From Gemmatimonadota bacterium (GTDB lineage: Bacteria; Gemmatimonadota; Gemmatimonadetes; Gemmatimonadales; GWC2-71-9): a DNA stretch of 64,000 nucleotides. A program made the position numbers and the translations under genes. The notes beneath the pieces are model-generated. The model was not told where the DNA came from. It was given only the letters and a program-made list of their open reading frames with translations, and searched no databases. Location: assembly GCA_036679605.1 (NCBI GenBank), contig JAZDCZ010000324.1, positions 1-64,000 on the forward strand. Direction: 5' to 3'. Positions within the stretch are counted from its first letter, which is position 1. Each line of letters begins with the position of its first letter. This document shows, in pieces, positions 18,448-28,917 of the stretch.

Positions 18448-19427
18448 CTCGACCCCGGTTTTTGGCCCGCCGGACCAGATGTGTGTCTGGCATGCTCCAT
18501 ACCCTGCAGTATGCCTGCTAGCCTTCGATCCCTGGCGCCCCGAATCAGTTCGATGTTCTCGCTGTAGGCGCGTTCGACCGCGTGAGTCAATTTGTGCTGC
18601 TCCTCCGGAGATAACTTGGACCAGCTGGCTAGGTCCTCCCATGTTGCTTCGAATGTCTGCAAGAGGTGCTGCAGGAACCCTTGCACGCCTAGCTTGCCGG
18701 CAGCTAGGTGATAGCTGAGATGAGGGCCGGCCGCCGCCCATCCCAGTGCCGGTCCTAAGGAGACGGCGCGGTCGAGATCGTCAACGTCGATGACCCCCTT
18801 GAGCACTAGGTCTATGCACTCGCGCCAGACTGCCGCAGCAATTCGGTTTGCCACGTTTCCGGGGACCTGCTTGTTGATCATCACGGGAATTCGACCCAGC
18901 GCCCGGAGCCATCCCTTGATCAGTTCGACCAGAGCATGGTCGGTGTAGGGACTTGGGGCTACTTCGACCATGGGAATGAGTTCGACGGGGTTTAGCGGAT
19001 GCACTACGAGACAGCGTTCTTGCCGTAAGCAGCGTCCGGCAACATCCTTTGCCGTGAAGCCACTGGTGGACGTGCTCACCACTCTTGCCTTCCCAGCGAC
19101 CGACTCGATTGCCTCGAACACCTTTTGTTTCGTCCGCAGATCTTCCCTCACGGCCTCTATGACCCACATTGCGTCTCCGCAGGCGTGAAGAAGACTACGA
19201 CCCACCCTGAGGGAAGCTATGCCCCGGTCAACGCTTTCATCGGTGGCGCGCTCCAGCGCGACCAATGAGCGAGCCCGCTCGCTCACTTCCTCAGTCGCCT
19301 GCTTGAGCGATGTGGCTTCGTTATCGTACAGGGAGACGGGCCATCCTGCAGCGACGAGAAGAGAAGCCCAGCCCCGCCCAATATCTCCCATCCCAACTAT
19401 GGCTGCATGTACATGCTCACCCGACAT
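18444..19427 (-). CDS. 3-hydroxyacyl-CoA dehydrogenase family protein (carnitine dehydrogenase-like)
   Basis: GMGDIGRGW, EAVREDL, HPLNP, VPGNVANRI. Confidence 0.85.
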   Translation of the reverse strand: MSGEHVHAAIVGMGDIGRGWASLLVAAGWPVSLYDNEATSLKQATEEVSERARSLVALERATDESVDRGIASLRVGRSLLHACGDAMWVIEAVREDLRTKQKVFEAIESVAGKARVVSTSTSGFTAKDVAGRCLRQERCLVVHPLNPVELIPMVEVAPSPYTDHALVELIKGWLRALGRIPVMINKQVPGNVANRIAAAVWRECIDLVLKGVIDVDDLDRAVSLGPALGWAAAGPHLSYHLAAGKLGVQGFLQHLLQTFEATWEDLASWSKLSPEEQHKLTHAVERAYSENIELIRGARDRRLAGILQGMEHARHTSGPAGQKPGSS

Positions 19428-20391
19428 AGTCATCTCCAAGTCTGTTGCAAAATAATCGACTCAATAGCTGCCTCATTATTGGTAGGTCCAGATCGAGAGC
19501 AACCTTCGTAGAGGAGCCGTCTGATTGCTCCCTTGTATGGCCACGATTCGGCCCTTCGTCAAGGTCGACGGCGATATCCAGGTCAGAGACCTCCAGCAGT
19601 CCAGGCGCCAGTAGCTCGCCGATGGTGAGCACATCGTTCACAACACATCCCTCCTGCCGTCGGTGTTTGACGTGAAACTCGACGGAGAATTGCAGCGCCA
19701 GTCCAAGCCACTGGACGAGCGAATTCGGAGATTCTGTCAGGCGCTTCACCTCGAGGGCGCCAATCAGCATGCGGCGGGTCGCGTCGAGCCCAACCATCAG
19801 CGTATCGAGTCCCGCTTTCAGCACTATGTCGGTCGCTTCTGGATCGCACCAGGCATTGAAATCCGCCCAGCGATTGGTGTCTCCGCGTTCGTGGATGCTT
19901 CCAAACATGCCAACATGACGCCTTACTTGGTGTACCACCGTTGCGGCGTCGTGCTCGAGGGCGCGTGCCAGGTTCGTAAGCGGACCCAACGTTACGAGTG
20001 TGACGGGCTCCGGTTGCTGCGCAAGTACATCTGCGAGAACATTGTCATTGGGTGTCTCCAGACGATTGGCAGGTGGTACGGGAGCGTTACCCACTCCGGT
20101 GCTGCCGTGAGCCTCGGGAGCAGTGACGAGTTCTTTGACCAACGGTCTGTGAGAACCGGGCATCACTTCGATGTCGCTACGCCCCGCCAGTCGGAGCACC
20201 TCCTTCGCGTTGCGGGTAGTTGACTCGAGAGTGGCATTACCGTAGGTCGTCGTGACCGCTGCGATACGGAGCGTGGGGGAGAGTGCGGCCAGGGCGAGAG
20301 TTACTACATCGTCGATACCTGGATCGGTATCGATGACGACATTGGTTACACCGTCTGCTGGACCCGGATCGGGGTGGCGATGTCGGTCCAT
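19417..20391 (-). CDS. Nucleoside hydrolase
   Basis: DTDPGIDD, LGPLTN, FNAWCDPEA. Confidence 0.9.
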   Translation of the reverse strand: MDRHRHPDPGPADGVTNVVIDTDPGIDDVVTLALAALSPTLRIAAVTTTYGNATLESTTRNAKEVLRLAGRSDIEVMPGSHRPLVKELVTAPEAHGSTGVGNAPVPPANRLETPNDNVLADVLAQQPEPVTLVTLGPLTNLARALEHDAATVVHQVRRHVGMFGSIHERGDTNRWADFNAWCDPEATDIVLKAGLDTLMVGLDATRRMLIGALEVKRLTESPNSLVQWLGLALQFSVEFHVKHRRQEGCVVNDVLTIGELLAPGLLEVSDLDIAVDLDEGPNRGHTREQSDGSSTKVALDLDLPIMRQLLSRLFCNRLGDDYVG

Positions 20392-20436
20392 TGGACCTAA
20401 CCTTGAAGGCGGTTTCAACGGGGCAAGTGATCTAAG

Positions 20437-20844
20437 GTGAGCGAAACAGCATCAAGATTGCAGGAAGTGCGAGCGGAGTTCGGCAAACTCGTGGAGAGGT
20501 TTGGCACGGGCTGGGAACAAGGGAGTGCCGAGCAGATCGCGGCGGTGTTTACCGAAGATGGCGCACTCATTCCATCACCGTTCGATCGACCCATCAAAGG
20601 CCGGCCGGCGATCATGGAGTACTGGAAGGACATTCCCCAAGAGCAGGCAGGGATATCGTTTAGGTTTGGCGAGATATTCGTGGTAGGTCCGTGGTTTTCG
20701 ACCGAAATAAAGTGCACGTTTCGCCGCCGCCGAACCGGGCAGCCCATCGATGTCCGAGGTGCGTTGTTCTGTGAGACGACCGACGGGAAGATAGCCGAGA
20801 TGCGGATGTACTGGGAGCGCAGAACGGGTGGGTCCGAGGGCTAG
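20437..20844 (+). CDS. NTF2/SnoaL-like protein
   Basis: FTEDG..GRPAIMEYW..GKIAEMRMYW. Confidence 0.8.
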   Translation: MSETASRLQEVRAEFGKLVERFGTGWEQGSAEQIAAVFTEDGALIPSPFDRPIKGRPAIMEYWKDIPQEQAGISFRFGEIFVVGPWFSTEIKCTFRRRRTGQPIDVRGALFCETTDGKIAEMRMYWERRTGGSEG

Positions 20845-21653
20845 TGACCGCAACGATCTTGTTGGGCTGCCAAGGTTGGGAGTATCCTGCCTGGATCGGA
20901 TCCCTCTACCCGGCTGGCACGAGACCGGCAGACATGCTGCGAGAGTATGGAACACGATTCAGCACAGTGGAGCTTGCGGATACGTTTGCGGGCATTCCAC
21001 CTGAGCCGATTGTGACCGACTGGCGTGACAGCGTCCCAATTGGATTCTTATTTTCCCTCAAGGTCCCTCAGCAGATTTCGCACGAAAGGCGCCTAAGAAA
21101 ATCCAAATCGTTGCTGGGCAAATTTGTGGACAGGGTGAGCTTGCTGGGGGACAAGCTTGGGCCGCTCCTCGTGCAACTACCGCCCAGTTTCCAACGAACC
21201 TCTGATAATGAAGCGGTCCTTCGATCGTTTCTGGAGGGTTTGCCCAGTGGCTTCAGATGGGCTGTCGAGTTTCGTGGAGCCGATTGGCTGACCCCCGATA
21301 TGAACGAGTTGTTGACGGGGTTTGGTGCCTCAATGGTGCTGGCCGACGGGCGGTGGGTCAAGCGGTCGATAATGCTGGATCTTGCCCGTCAGCCGCACGC
21401 TGACTTCGCCTATCTCCGCTGGGGTGGATCGACTCGAGCTAGAGCCACCGACTCATCGGGTGCCTTGTTGCACCGGCTCTCGGCCTGGAGTGTCGCGGTG
21501 GAGGAGTTATGCAAGGCCGTCGACACGGTATTCGGTTATTTTGGAAATCGATTTGGTGGTGACGCACTGGGCGATGTCCGGAAATTCCAGGACTTGATGG
21601 ACCGAGGCTCTCCGGTCTCAGATATTGCGCGGCGAGGCACTTTTAGTAATTAA
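20844..21653 (+). CDS. DUF72 domain protein
   Basis: GCQGWEYPAW, FSLKVPQQISH, LVQLPPSF, YLRW. Confidence 0.9.
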   Translation: MTATILLGCQGWEYPAWIGSLYPAGTRPADMLREYGTRFSTVELADTFAGIPPEPIVTDWRDSVPIGFLFSLKVPQQISHERRLRKSKSLLGKFVDRVSLLGDKLGPLLVQLPPSFQRTSDNEAVLRSFLEGLPSGFRWAVEFRGADWLTPDMNELLTGFGASMVLADGRWVKRSIMLDLARQPHADFAYLRWGGSTRARATDSSGALLHRLSAWSVAVEELCKAVDTVFGYFGNRFGGDALGDVRKFQDLMDRGSPVSDIARRGTFSN

Positions 21654-21669
21654 TCGAGTGGGAGGTTTC

Positions 21670-22266
21670 ATGTCCAAGCATTCGGTTCTATTCATAGACG
21701 ACGACGAAGGGGTCTTACGATCCCTCGGAAACTACTTCGAGAAGATCGGCCATACGGTCCATAGGGCAGCTACTGGTCAGGAGGGTTTGGACGTCCAAGA
21801 GCGAGTCCGGCCCGAAGTCACGGTTCTGGATCTCAGTTTGCCGGACATGACGGGGCTCGAGGTGCTGGGTGTGCTCCGCTCCAGGGGAGCCATGGTCATC
21901 ATGCTCACTGCCCACGGCGAAGTGGACGCTGCCGTCGAGGCCATGCGGCTTGGGGCCGAGAATTTCCTGAGTAAGCCGATCGAGATGAACCATCTGGTGG
22001 CGGCCGTGGAAAAAGCCGCTGAGAAGGTGGCGCTGCGCCGAGAGAACATAGCCCTCAGGCTGCAGCTCAGCCCGAGCATCAAACGGCGCATGGTCAAGTT
22101 GGGATTCTTTGTGCTCTTACTCGCTGTTGCCGCCGTGGTAGGCACGCTCATTGGAGGCGGTACTCAGGTGCAGGAACGTCCTCGTGCAGAGATTCCGGTG
22201 GGGGCAATCGATGATCCTCTCGATACCCAACCTGCGGCTCAGCAGGAGCCGGACTCAGGCCAGTAG
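21670..22266 (+). CDS. Response regulator receiver domain with C-terminal TM helix
   Basis: IDDD, LDLSLP, MLTAHG, FLSKP, then hydrophobic LGFFVLLLAVAAVVGTLIGG. Confidence 0.85.
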   Translation: MSKHSVLFIDDDEGVLRSLGNYFEKIGHTVHRAATGQEGLDVQERVRPEVTVLDLSLPDMTGLEVLGVLRSRGAMVIMLTAHGEVDAAVEAMRLGAENFLSKPIEMNHLVAAVEKAAEKVALRRENIALRLQLSPSIKRRMVKLGFFVLLLAVAAVVGTLIGGGTQVQERPRAEIPVGAIDDPLDTQPAAQQEPDSGQ

Positions 22267-22301
22267 CGACCATAGGCATCGCTCCGCTCGTCTTCCTGAC
22301 C

Positions 22302-23084
22302 TTGGCGCTCGTTGGAGTACCCCAGCGCGGTGCTACGCCCGAACATCGAGACATTACTCTGGCGACCACGACGTCAGTAAGAGATGCCGGACTTCTGGAT
22401 GCCATCCTTCCTCAGTTCGAAGCTGCAACGGGACACGTAGTCAAAGTGATCGCCGTCGGCAGCGGTCAAGCCATGGAACTAGGTAGGCGCGGAGAGGCGA
22501 GCATCCTGGTGGTTCATGATCCCGTTGGCGAAGAGCGTTTTATGGCACAGGGGTTCGGAACCGTCCGCGCATCACTGATGCACTCCGAGTTCGTCTTGCT
22601 GGGCCCCCCTGCAGATCCGGCAAGAGTCAGAGGACTGGCTATCATCGATGCTCTGAGTGCAGTAGAGAACACGCACTCCCTCTTCATCTCTCGCGCTGAT
22701 CGTTCGGGTACACACGTAAAGGAAATGCAGTTGTGGCAGAACGCCGGCGGGTTACCCAGGCCTGAGTGGCGTTGGGAGTCGGGCCAGGGAATGAGTGCGA
22801 CACTACAGATCGCCAGTGAACTCGGTGGATATACGCTTAGCGACGTGGGCACGTGGCTCGCTCACAAATCACCGCTCGATTTGGAGATCGTGGTGCAGGG
22901 AGGTGAGATCCTCGACAACCCCTATCACTTGATCTTGATAGATCAGAGCCGCTTTTCCTGGATCAACTCAGCGGGTGCGCGGCGGCTCATGGACTATCTG
23001 CTATCGCCCGAAGTCCAACAATTGATCGGGGAATTCGGTCGCAAGGAACACGGCAGGTCTTTGTTCGTTCCGGATGTCTCCTAA
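22302..23084 (+). CDS. Tungstate ABC transporter substrate-binding protein (TupA-like)
   Basis: ATTTSVRDAGLL, AVGSGQA, SRADRSGTH, GQGM. Start codon uncertain. Confidence 0.85.
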   Translation: MALVGVPQRGATPEHRDITLATTTSVRDAGLLDAILPQFEAATGHVVKVIAVGSGQAMELGRRGEASILVVHDPVGEERFMAQGFGTVRASLMHSEFVLLGPPADPARVRGLAIIDALSAVENTHSLFISRADRSGTHVKEMQLWQNAGGLPRPEWRWESGQGMSATLQIASELGGYTLSDVGTWLAHKSPLDLEIVVQGGEILDNPYHLILIDQSRFSWINSAGARRLMDYLLSPEVQQLIGEFGRKEHGRSLFVPDVS

Positions 23085-23099
23085 TTATCTTTAGCAGCT

Positions 23100-24905
23100 G
23101 TGACAATTCGGATAGCAATCGCCCAGATACGACCTAAGAAGGCTGACTACGCCGAGAATTTGAGGCGAGTTGGGTCGGTTTTCGCCACGGTCCGAGAGTG
23201 GGATTCACGTGTCGATCTGATCGTGTTTCCCGAAAGCGTGATGTCGGGCTATTTCCTAGAAGGTGGAGTGAGGGAGGTGGCGGTTACGGCCGGTGATCTC
23301 TACCGCGACCTGAACGACCAACACGCTGCCTCCGGAGCACCGCCAGTCGAGGTCGCGGTTGGATTCTACGAGGAATTCCGCAACCGCTATTACAACACGG
23401 CGCTCTACGCGGGTCTTGGTGAATCGGATGCGGGCATTCGGCACGTTCACCGGAAGGTATTTCTACCCACATATGGGTTATTTGACGAGCAGCGGTTTGT
23501 AGAGCACGGCGATTCGATAAGGGCTTTCGATACGCGGTGGGGTCGAGCGGCTATGCTGGTTTGTGAGGATGTGTGGCATTCGATAACCGGGACGCTCGCG
23601 GCGTTGGATGGTGCTCAGCTGATCATCGTGTTAAGCGCCGCGCCTGCGAGAGGAACGAGCCCGGAATCGAATGGCGACCGGAAGCTCGAGGGCAGGCCGG
23701 CTAGCGTTCGCCGCTGGGAGCGGTTGGTTCGGCACGTGGCCGAGGAACACGGCGTTTACGTTGCGCTGGCGCAGCTCGTCGGCTTTGAAGGTGGCAAAGG
23801 ATTTCAGGGAGGCTCCGAATTGATTGCCCCGGACGGAGCAGTCGTGGTGCGCGGCCCGGTGTTTGAGGAGGCACTCATTCAAGCCGACCTCGAGTTTGAC
23901 GCTATCACCCGTGCCCGCGCCGACCAGCCCCTGTTAGCAAATCTGAAAACTCAATTCCAGAATCTCCTAAAGGATGCTTCTCAGAGGACACGAGTCCGCG
24001 TAGAATATGACGCAGCCCGCAAAGGATCTTCAGTTGGGAGGCAAGAAACCCCTGCAGAACATCCAGTAGTGGTTCCGGCGCATAGCAGCGATCCAATGGA
24101 TATCGATTGTGAGCTGACCGAACGTTGGCTAGTTGCCTTTCTCGAGGAAGAGGTTGTGAAGCACCGCGGCTTTGAGAAAGGAATTGTCGGTCTATCGGGA
24201 GGTGTTGACAGTTCACTTACCGCTGCGGTTGCAGCTCGGGCCCTCGGTAGTCAGAACGTGATTGGTGTGCGAATGCCATACCATAGCTCGAGTCCCGAAA
24301 GCCTTGCCCACGCCGAGCAAATCGCTGAGCAGTTGGACATACAATTGGAAACGATCGATATCTCTCGGGCTGTGGATGGTTACTTCGAAGCTTCCGATCG
24401 AGAGGCAGATCCAAGGCGTCGTGGGAACGTAATGGCCCGTATACGTATGACGACGTTGTTCGACTTGTCGGCCAAGTATGATGCGCTTCCGCTCGGCACG
24501 GGAAACAAGACGGAACGGTTACTTGGCTATTTCACCTGGCACGCAGATGATTCGCCGCCGGTGAATCCTTTGGGAGATCTGTTCAAGACTCAAGTGTGGA
24601 TGCTTGCCCGACACCTGGGAGTTCCCGAAGAGATTCTCTCCAAGCCCCCAACGGCAGATCTGGTCCAGGGACAAACCGACGAAGGTGACCTGGGGATCAG
24701 TTACGAGCGTGCAGACCGGATTCTCTATTGGCTGCTGAAAGGACGTCGCAGAGATCAACTGTTAGCGCTCGGATTTGAGCCTGACGAGGTTGACCTTGTC
24801 AGCGACCGACTCCAAGGCACACACTGGAAACGCCGTCTCCCAACCGTCGCTATGGTAAGTGGAACAGCGATTGGGGAATCTTACTTGAGACCCGTGGACT
24901 ACTAG
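23100..24905 (+). CDS. nadE: Glutamine-dependent NAD+ synthetase
   Basis: Nitrilase domain (FPE, RKVFLP, VCEDVW) fused to a synthetase domain (GLSGGVDS, GTGNKTE, KPPTADL). Confidence 0.95.
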   Translation: MTIRIAIAQIRPKKADYAENLRRVGSVFATVREWDSRVDLIVFPESVMSGYFLEGGVREVAVTAGDLYRDLNDQHAASGAPPVEVAVGFYEEFRNRYYNTALYAGLGESDAGIRHVHRKVFLPTYGLFDEQRFVEHGDSIRAFDTRWGRAAMLVCEDVWHSITGTLAALDGAQLIIVLSAAPARGTSPESNGDRKLEGRPASVRRWERLVRHVAEEHGVYVALAQLVGFEGGKGFQGGSELIAPDGAVVVRGPVFEEALIQADLEFDAITRARADQPLLANLKTQFQNLLKDASQRTRVRVEYDAARKGSSVGRQETPAEHPVVVPAHSSDPMDIDCELTERWLVAFLEEEVVKHRGFEKGIVGLSGGVDSSLTAAVAARALGSQNVIGVRMPYHSSSPESLAHAEQIAEQLDIQLETIDISRAVDGYFEASDREADPRRRGNVMARIRMTTLFDLSAKYDALPLGTGNKTERLLGYFTWHADDSPPVNPLGDLFKTQVWMLARHLGVPEEILSKPPTADLVQGQTDEGDLGISYERADRILYWLLKGRRRDQLLALGFEPDEVDLVSDRLQGTHWKRRLPTVAMVSGTAIGESYLRPVDY

Positions 24906-24914
24906 AGCCTCAGA

Positions 24915-25421
24915 ATGACGAGCACACCAAAGCAATCCTTGACCCCTAAGCCGGCGAGACTCTCGCAGGCCACCATGACGGAACTCATGATGCCGAACAT
25001 GGCCAATGTCTTGGGCAACGTGTTTGGCGGTGTAATCCTGTCTCTGGTTGACAAGGCGGCAGCTGTTGCCGCTATCCGCCATGCAAGAGGTCCCTGCGTG
25101 ACTGTGTCAGTCGACCGTGTCGAGTTTCGTGAACCGATTCATGTGGGGGAATTGGTGACTGCAAAGGCGAACGTGAATTTTGTAGGGCGCACTTCTATCG
25201 ACGTAGGAGTGCGGATCGAGGCGGAGGACATAGTCACCGGAACACGACGCCACACGAACAGCTGTTACGCCACTTTCGTCGCCATCGACGGCAAGGGTCG
25301 ACCGAGGCCGGTTCCACCGGTGGTCCCGGAATCCGAGAGCGAAAAGGCATGGTATGAGCACGCTCAGCGGCGCAAACTCCTGCAGAAGAAGGAGAGAGCC
25401 GACAGATCCGGTGGGTCGTGA
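24915..25421 (+). CDS. Acyl-CoA thioesterase (hotdog fold)
   Basis: NVLGNVFGG..DKAA; VGRTSIDVGV. Confidence 0.92.
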   Translation: MTSTPKQSLTPKPARLSQATMTELMMPNMANVLGNVFGGVILSLVDKAAAVAAIRHARGPCVTVSVDRVEFREPIHVGELVTAKANVNFVGRTSIDVGVRIEAEDIVTGTRRHTNSCYATFVAIDGKGRPRPVPPVVPESESEKAWYEHAQRRKLLQKKERADRSGGS

Positions 25422-26278
25422 AACAATCACAGATAATCTGTGTGCTGAGTGGCGGCGGTGCGAAGGCGGCGGCGCATGTCGGCGCCGTTAGGGCTCTAAT
25501 GGAACGTGGTGTGAAGCCCGTCCACTATGTGGGTACTTCGATGGGGGCCGTAATGGCTGCATGCTTCGCGTATGGCCTTTCCTATTCTCAAATACTAAAA
25601 CGCATCACATCCATCACGCGCAGCGACGTTGCATCCCTTTCGCCAGCAGTGCTGCTCGGCCCGTTTGCCAACAATCTGTTTCGCGCTGGGCCTTTGAAGG
25701 ACACGATCGCCGCATTGGTCGGGACGGATACGTTCGATTCTCTTGAAGTGCCGCTGACCGTGACGGCAGTCGACAGCAAGAGCGGAGAGCTTGTTCTCTT
25801 TGGGGCCGGAGGAAGAACTAGTGTCTCCCTAGTTGAAGCGCTTTATGCTTCGTGTGCACTTCCGCTGTACTATCCCCCCGCTCAAATTGGGAACCGCGAC
25901 TATGTGGACGGTGGACTACGGGCAGTGCTCCCCTTGGATGTGGCCATGAGGTTTGATCCTGAACTCTTGTTCGCAGTCGAAGTGGGTCCATCATTACATG
26001 CGGAGCCCGCCGAGAAGGCCGAACGCCTGCCGCCGATGGTGCGCGCACATGGACAGGCGGTCGGAATCATGATGGCGGCGCAGACGGAGCAGACCATCGA
26101 ACGATGGAGGAATGGTCCGGTGCCGTGCGTACTGGTGCGTCCCAACCGCGAAAGCGAAGTGACGTTCGCAGTGCATCATGTTGTGCGGTACGTGGAGTTG
26201 GGTTACAGGGAAGCGAACGCCGCCTTGGACGAATGGATTGGCGATCAGCCGGACGACCGGACGGGAACGCGGCAATAG
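25418..26278 (+). CDS. Patatin-like phospholipase
   Basis: GGGAK, GTSMG, DGG. Confidence 0.92.
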   Translation: MKQSQIICVLSGGGAKAAAHVGAVRALMERGVKPVHYVGTSMGAVMAACFAYGLSYSQILKRITSITRSDVASLSPAVLLGPFANNLFRAGPLKDTIAALVGTDTFDSLEVPLTVTAVDSKSGELVLFGAGGRTSVSLVEALYASCALPLYYPPAQIGNRDYVDGGLRAVLPLDVAMRFDPELLFAVEVGPSLHAEPAEKAERLPPMVRAHGQAVGIMMAAQTEQTIERWRNGPVPCVLVRPNRESEVTFAVHHVVRYVELGYREANAALDEWIGDQPDDRTGTRQ

Positions 26279-27424
26279 GTGATACAAGAGCCCCTGACTG
26301 TTTTTCTCGTGCTTGTGGCGGTGGTGTTCGTTGCGATCCGTCTCGAGGAAAAAGTCAAGGTGGCGCGGATGTTGGGCTCAGTCCTGCTGGCCATCATGAT
26401 CGCTGCGATTCTGGCCAACACCGGAGTGCTCCCACAATCTTCGAGAACGTACGATCTGCTCGGTGGGCTGGGAGTCAACTTGGGGATTGCGCTTATTCTC
26501 CTCGGGGTCAATCTGCGGACTGTCGTGAGTGCCGGTCCAAAGATGTTGGCGGCTTTCGGATTAGGGGCAGTGGGTACTGTTGTGGGTGCCATTGTGGGCA
26601 GCTTGATGCTCCACAACCAGCTAGGCGGCGAGACCTGGAAATTGGCCGGCCAATACACGGGGACCTACATAGGCGGCGGGGTCAACATGGTGTCAGTAGG
26701 CCGCGGTCTCGGCACCAGCTCTGATGTCTTCAGTGCTGCCATCGCAGCCGACAATGTTACCACTGCGGTATGGATGATCATATGCTTTGGGCTGCCAGGA
26801 GTTCTAGGAAGCTGGTGGGGCGATTCTACCAGCAGCGCCAATGTTGGTATCACTGATAGTGAGGCGGCAGCGCATTCCTTTACGAGTAGCGTGACTGCTG
26901 TTCCAATCAAGGACGTCGCCGCCCTCGTTCTCCTTGCGGTCGGCGCTGTCTGGATCTCAAGTCTGATCTCAGATTGGGTGCCGTACATCCCGCAGGTACT
27001 TTGGCTGACCACAATCGTGCTCATGCTGGCGCAACTGGGGCCTGTGCGCTCTCTTTCAGGTGGCCCAATGTGGGGTAACTACATACTGCAAGTCTTTCTC
27101 GCGAGCATCGGTGCCCGGTCGATTATCTCGGAAATTGTGCGTGTCGGACCTGCTATCCTCTATTTTACGCTAATAGTCGTTGGGGTCCATGGTTTGTTAA
27201 CTTTCGGCGTGGGTCGTCTGGCAAAACTGGACCTTCCCACTCTTGTGGTGGCATCTCAGGCGAACATAGGAGGTCCTGCGTCCGCCATGGCGTTGGCGAC
27301 CGCTCGTGGATATGGAGACAAGCTATTGCCCGGAATAGCAATAGGTATCTTGGGATATGCAGTTGGTAACTACGCCGGCTTCGGTGTAGCTAGACTCGTC
27401 CACGCCTGGTTGACGGGCGGCTAG
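26279..27424 (+). CDS. DUF819 family membrane protein
   Basis: GTYIGGGVN, ASQANIGGPASA. Confidence 0.88.
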   Translation: MIQEPLTVFLVLVAVVFVAIRLEEKVKVARMLGSVLLAIMIAAILANTGVLPQSSRTYDLLGGLGVNLGIALILLGVNLRTVVSAGPKMLAAFGLGAVGTVVGAIVGSLMLHNQLGGETWKLAGQYTGTYIGGGVNMVSVGRGLGTSSDVFSAAIAADNVTTAVWMIICFGLPGVLGSWWGDSTSSANVGITDSEAAAHSFTSSVTAVPIKDVAALVLLAVGAVWISSLISDWVPYIPQVLWLTTIVLMLAQLGPVRSLSGGPMWGNYILQVFLASIGARSIISEIVRVGPAILYFTLIVVGVHGLLTFGVGRLAKLDLPTLVVASQANIGGPASAMALATARGYGDKLLPGIAIGILGYAVGNYAGFGVARLVHAWLTGG

Positions 27425-27573
27425 TATGCGACAGGAAGAATCGCAGTACTTCACGAAATCTGTCTCTGTTGGAAGTTAGGAGAACCGGAAGTACTCTATT
27501 GGCATGAGTCAGATGCAGGATTCTCTGACCGGCAGAAGATAGAACCCGAACTCGTTTCAAAGGGATCTGCGTA

Positions 27574-28041
27574 ATGACGATCTTGAGGTTAGTTCATTTT
27601 TTCGGATTGGCACTGTGGATCGGTGGCGCGAGCGCCGCGATGATAATGGCGATCTCGTCCCGGCGTGAATCGATGGAGGTACGGGCGGGTGTGTTCCGGC
27701 TGTTGGCCAACGTCCAGACCATCGCGGTCGGCGCTGGTGCTCTGATGACTCTCGGTTCAGGGCTGCTGCTGACGATAAAGTTGGCCCAAGCGATGGGTGC
27801 TGAGAATATGATGGGGTCACCTCGGATCTTGATTATGCAGGGTGCGGGTCTGGTAGCGGGGCTGTTGGTTCTACTGGTATCGATCCCGACTGCAGTCAAA
27901 ATGAGGGCACTCGCTGTGCCAACCGAGAGCGGGGAACTTCTCCCAGCGTTCGAGCGCTATCGAAAACGCCAGGCAGCCGTATCGTCCGTTGCCGGTGCGC
28001 TTGCAGTGGTGGCTCTGTTCGCCGCAGTGGTGCTTCGGTAG
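27574..28041 (+). CDS. Hypothetical 4-TM membrane protein
   Basis: Four hydrophobic segments; co-oriented with its neighbours. Confidence 0.7.
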   Translation: MTILRLVHFFGLALWIGGASAAMIMAISSRRESMEVRAGVFRLLANVQTIAVGAGALMTLGSGLLLTIKLAQAMGAENMMGSPRILIMQGAGLVAGLLVLLVSIPTAVKMRALAVPTESGELLPAFERYRKRQAAVSSVAGALAVVALFAAVVLR

Positions 28042-28056
28042 CCGGACAGCAATCCT

Positions 28057-28917
28057 TTGACCAAGAAGAAACACGCACTCGCTTCCATGACTCAACGCTG
28101 GCGCCTTACGGGATCCTATGCGGTAGTCGCCCGCAGATTTCCGAGTGTGCGGCAGTTGGTAGGGCGCACGAGCCTCCGGTCGATCAGCCATGTCGGGCGG
28201 GTTTCCTATCTCGTGTGGGAGATAGTTCGTGGGCTAGCGGAGTGGCGCATCTGGATGCCACGTGCGTTCGAACAGGCAGTACAAGTGGGATATGGTTCAA
28301 TGTTCATTGTGCTTCTTACGGCGGGCTTTGCCGGAGGCGTGACGGCCCTCCAGGCGGGGTATCAATTCACCGCCAGCATTCCGATTTACTTCGCGGCAGG
28401 TGTGATTGTCCAGTCGATCATTCTCGAACTCGGGCCCGTATTGACAGGATTGATACTTGCGGGGCGAATTGGAGCGCGCTACGCGGCGGAACTGGGGACA
28501 ATGAGGGTCACCGAGCAGATCGACGCTCTGGAAAGTCTCGGGCGGTCGTCGATCTCGCACCTCATCATTCCCCGCGTCATTGCCGGTACGATCATGCTGC
28601 CGATATTGGTGGTGTTCGCCGATGCCGCCGGTGTCGCAGCAGGTTGGTTGGGTGCGAAGGGAGCACTCGATATTAGCAACGCAGATTTTGTTTACGGTGT
28701 GCGCTATTTTTTCCGACCATTCGATCTGTGGTATTCGATGATCAAGTCGCTGGCGTTCGGCCTCGCGGTGACACTCATCCCATGCTACATGGGTTTCAAT
28801 ACCAAGCAGGGTGCGGAGGGAGTGGGCCGGTCGACGACGGCCGCTGTGGTCAGCGCATCGGTACTCATCCTGTTTCTGGACGTGGCGCTCGCCAAGGTCC
28901 TGTTGCGAGGGCAATGA
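28057..28917 (+). CDS. mlaE: MlaE family ABC permease
   Basis: ELGPVLTG..AELGTMRVTEQIDAL, GAEGVGRSTT. Confidence 0.93.
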   Translation: MTKKKHALASMTQRWRLTGSYAVVARRFPSVRQLVGRTSLRSISHVGRVSYLVWEIVRGLAEWRIWMPRAFEQAVQVGYGSMFIVLLTAGFAGGVTALQAGYQFTASIPIYFAAGVIVQSIILELGPVLTGLILAGRIGARYAAELGTMRVTEQIDALESLGRSSISHLIIPRVIAGTIMLPILVVFADAAGVAAGWLGAKGALDISNADFVYGVRYFFRPFDLWYSMIKSLAFGLAVTLIPCYMGFNTKQGAEGVGRSTTAAVVSASVLILFLDVALAKVLLRGQ

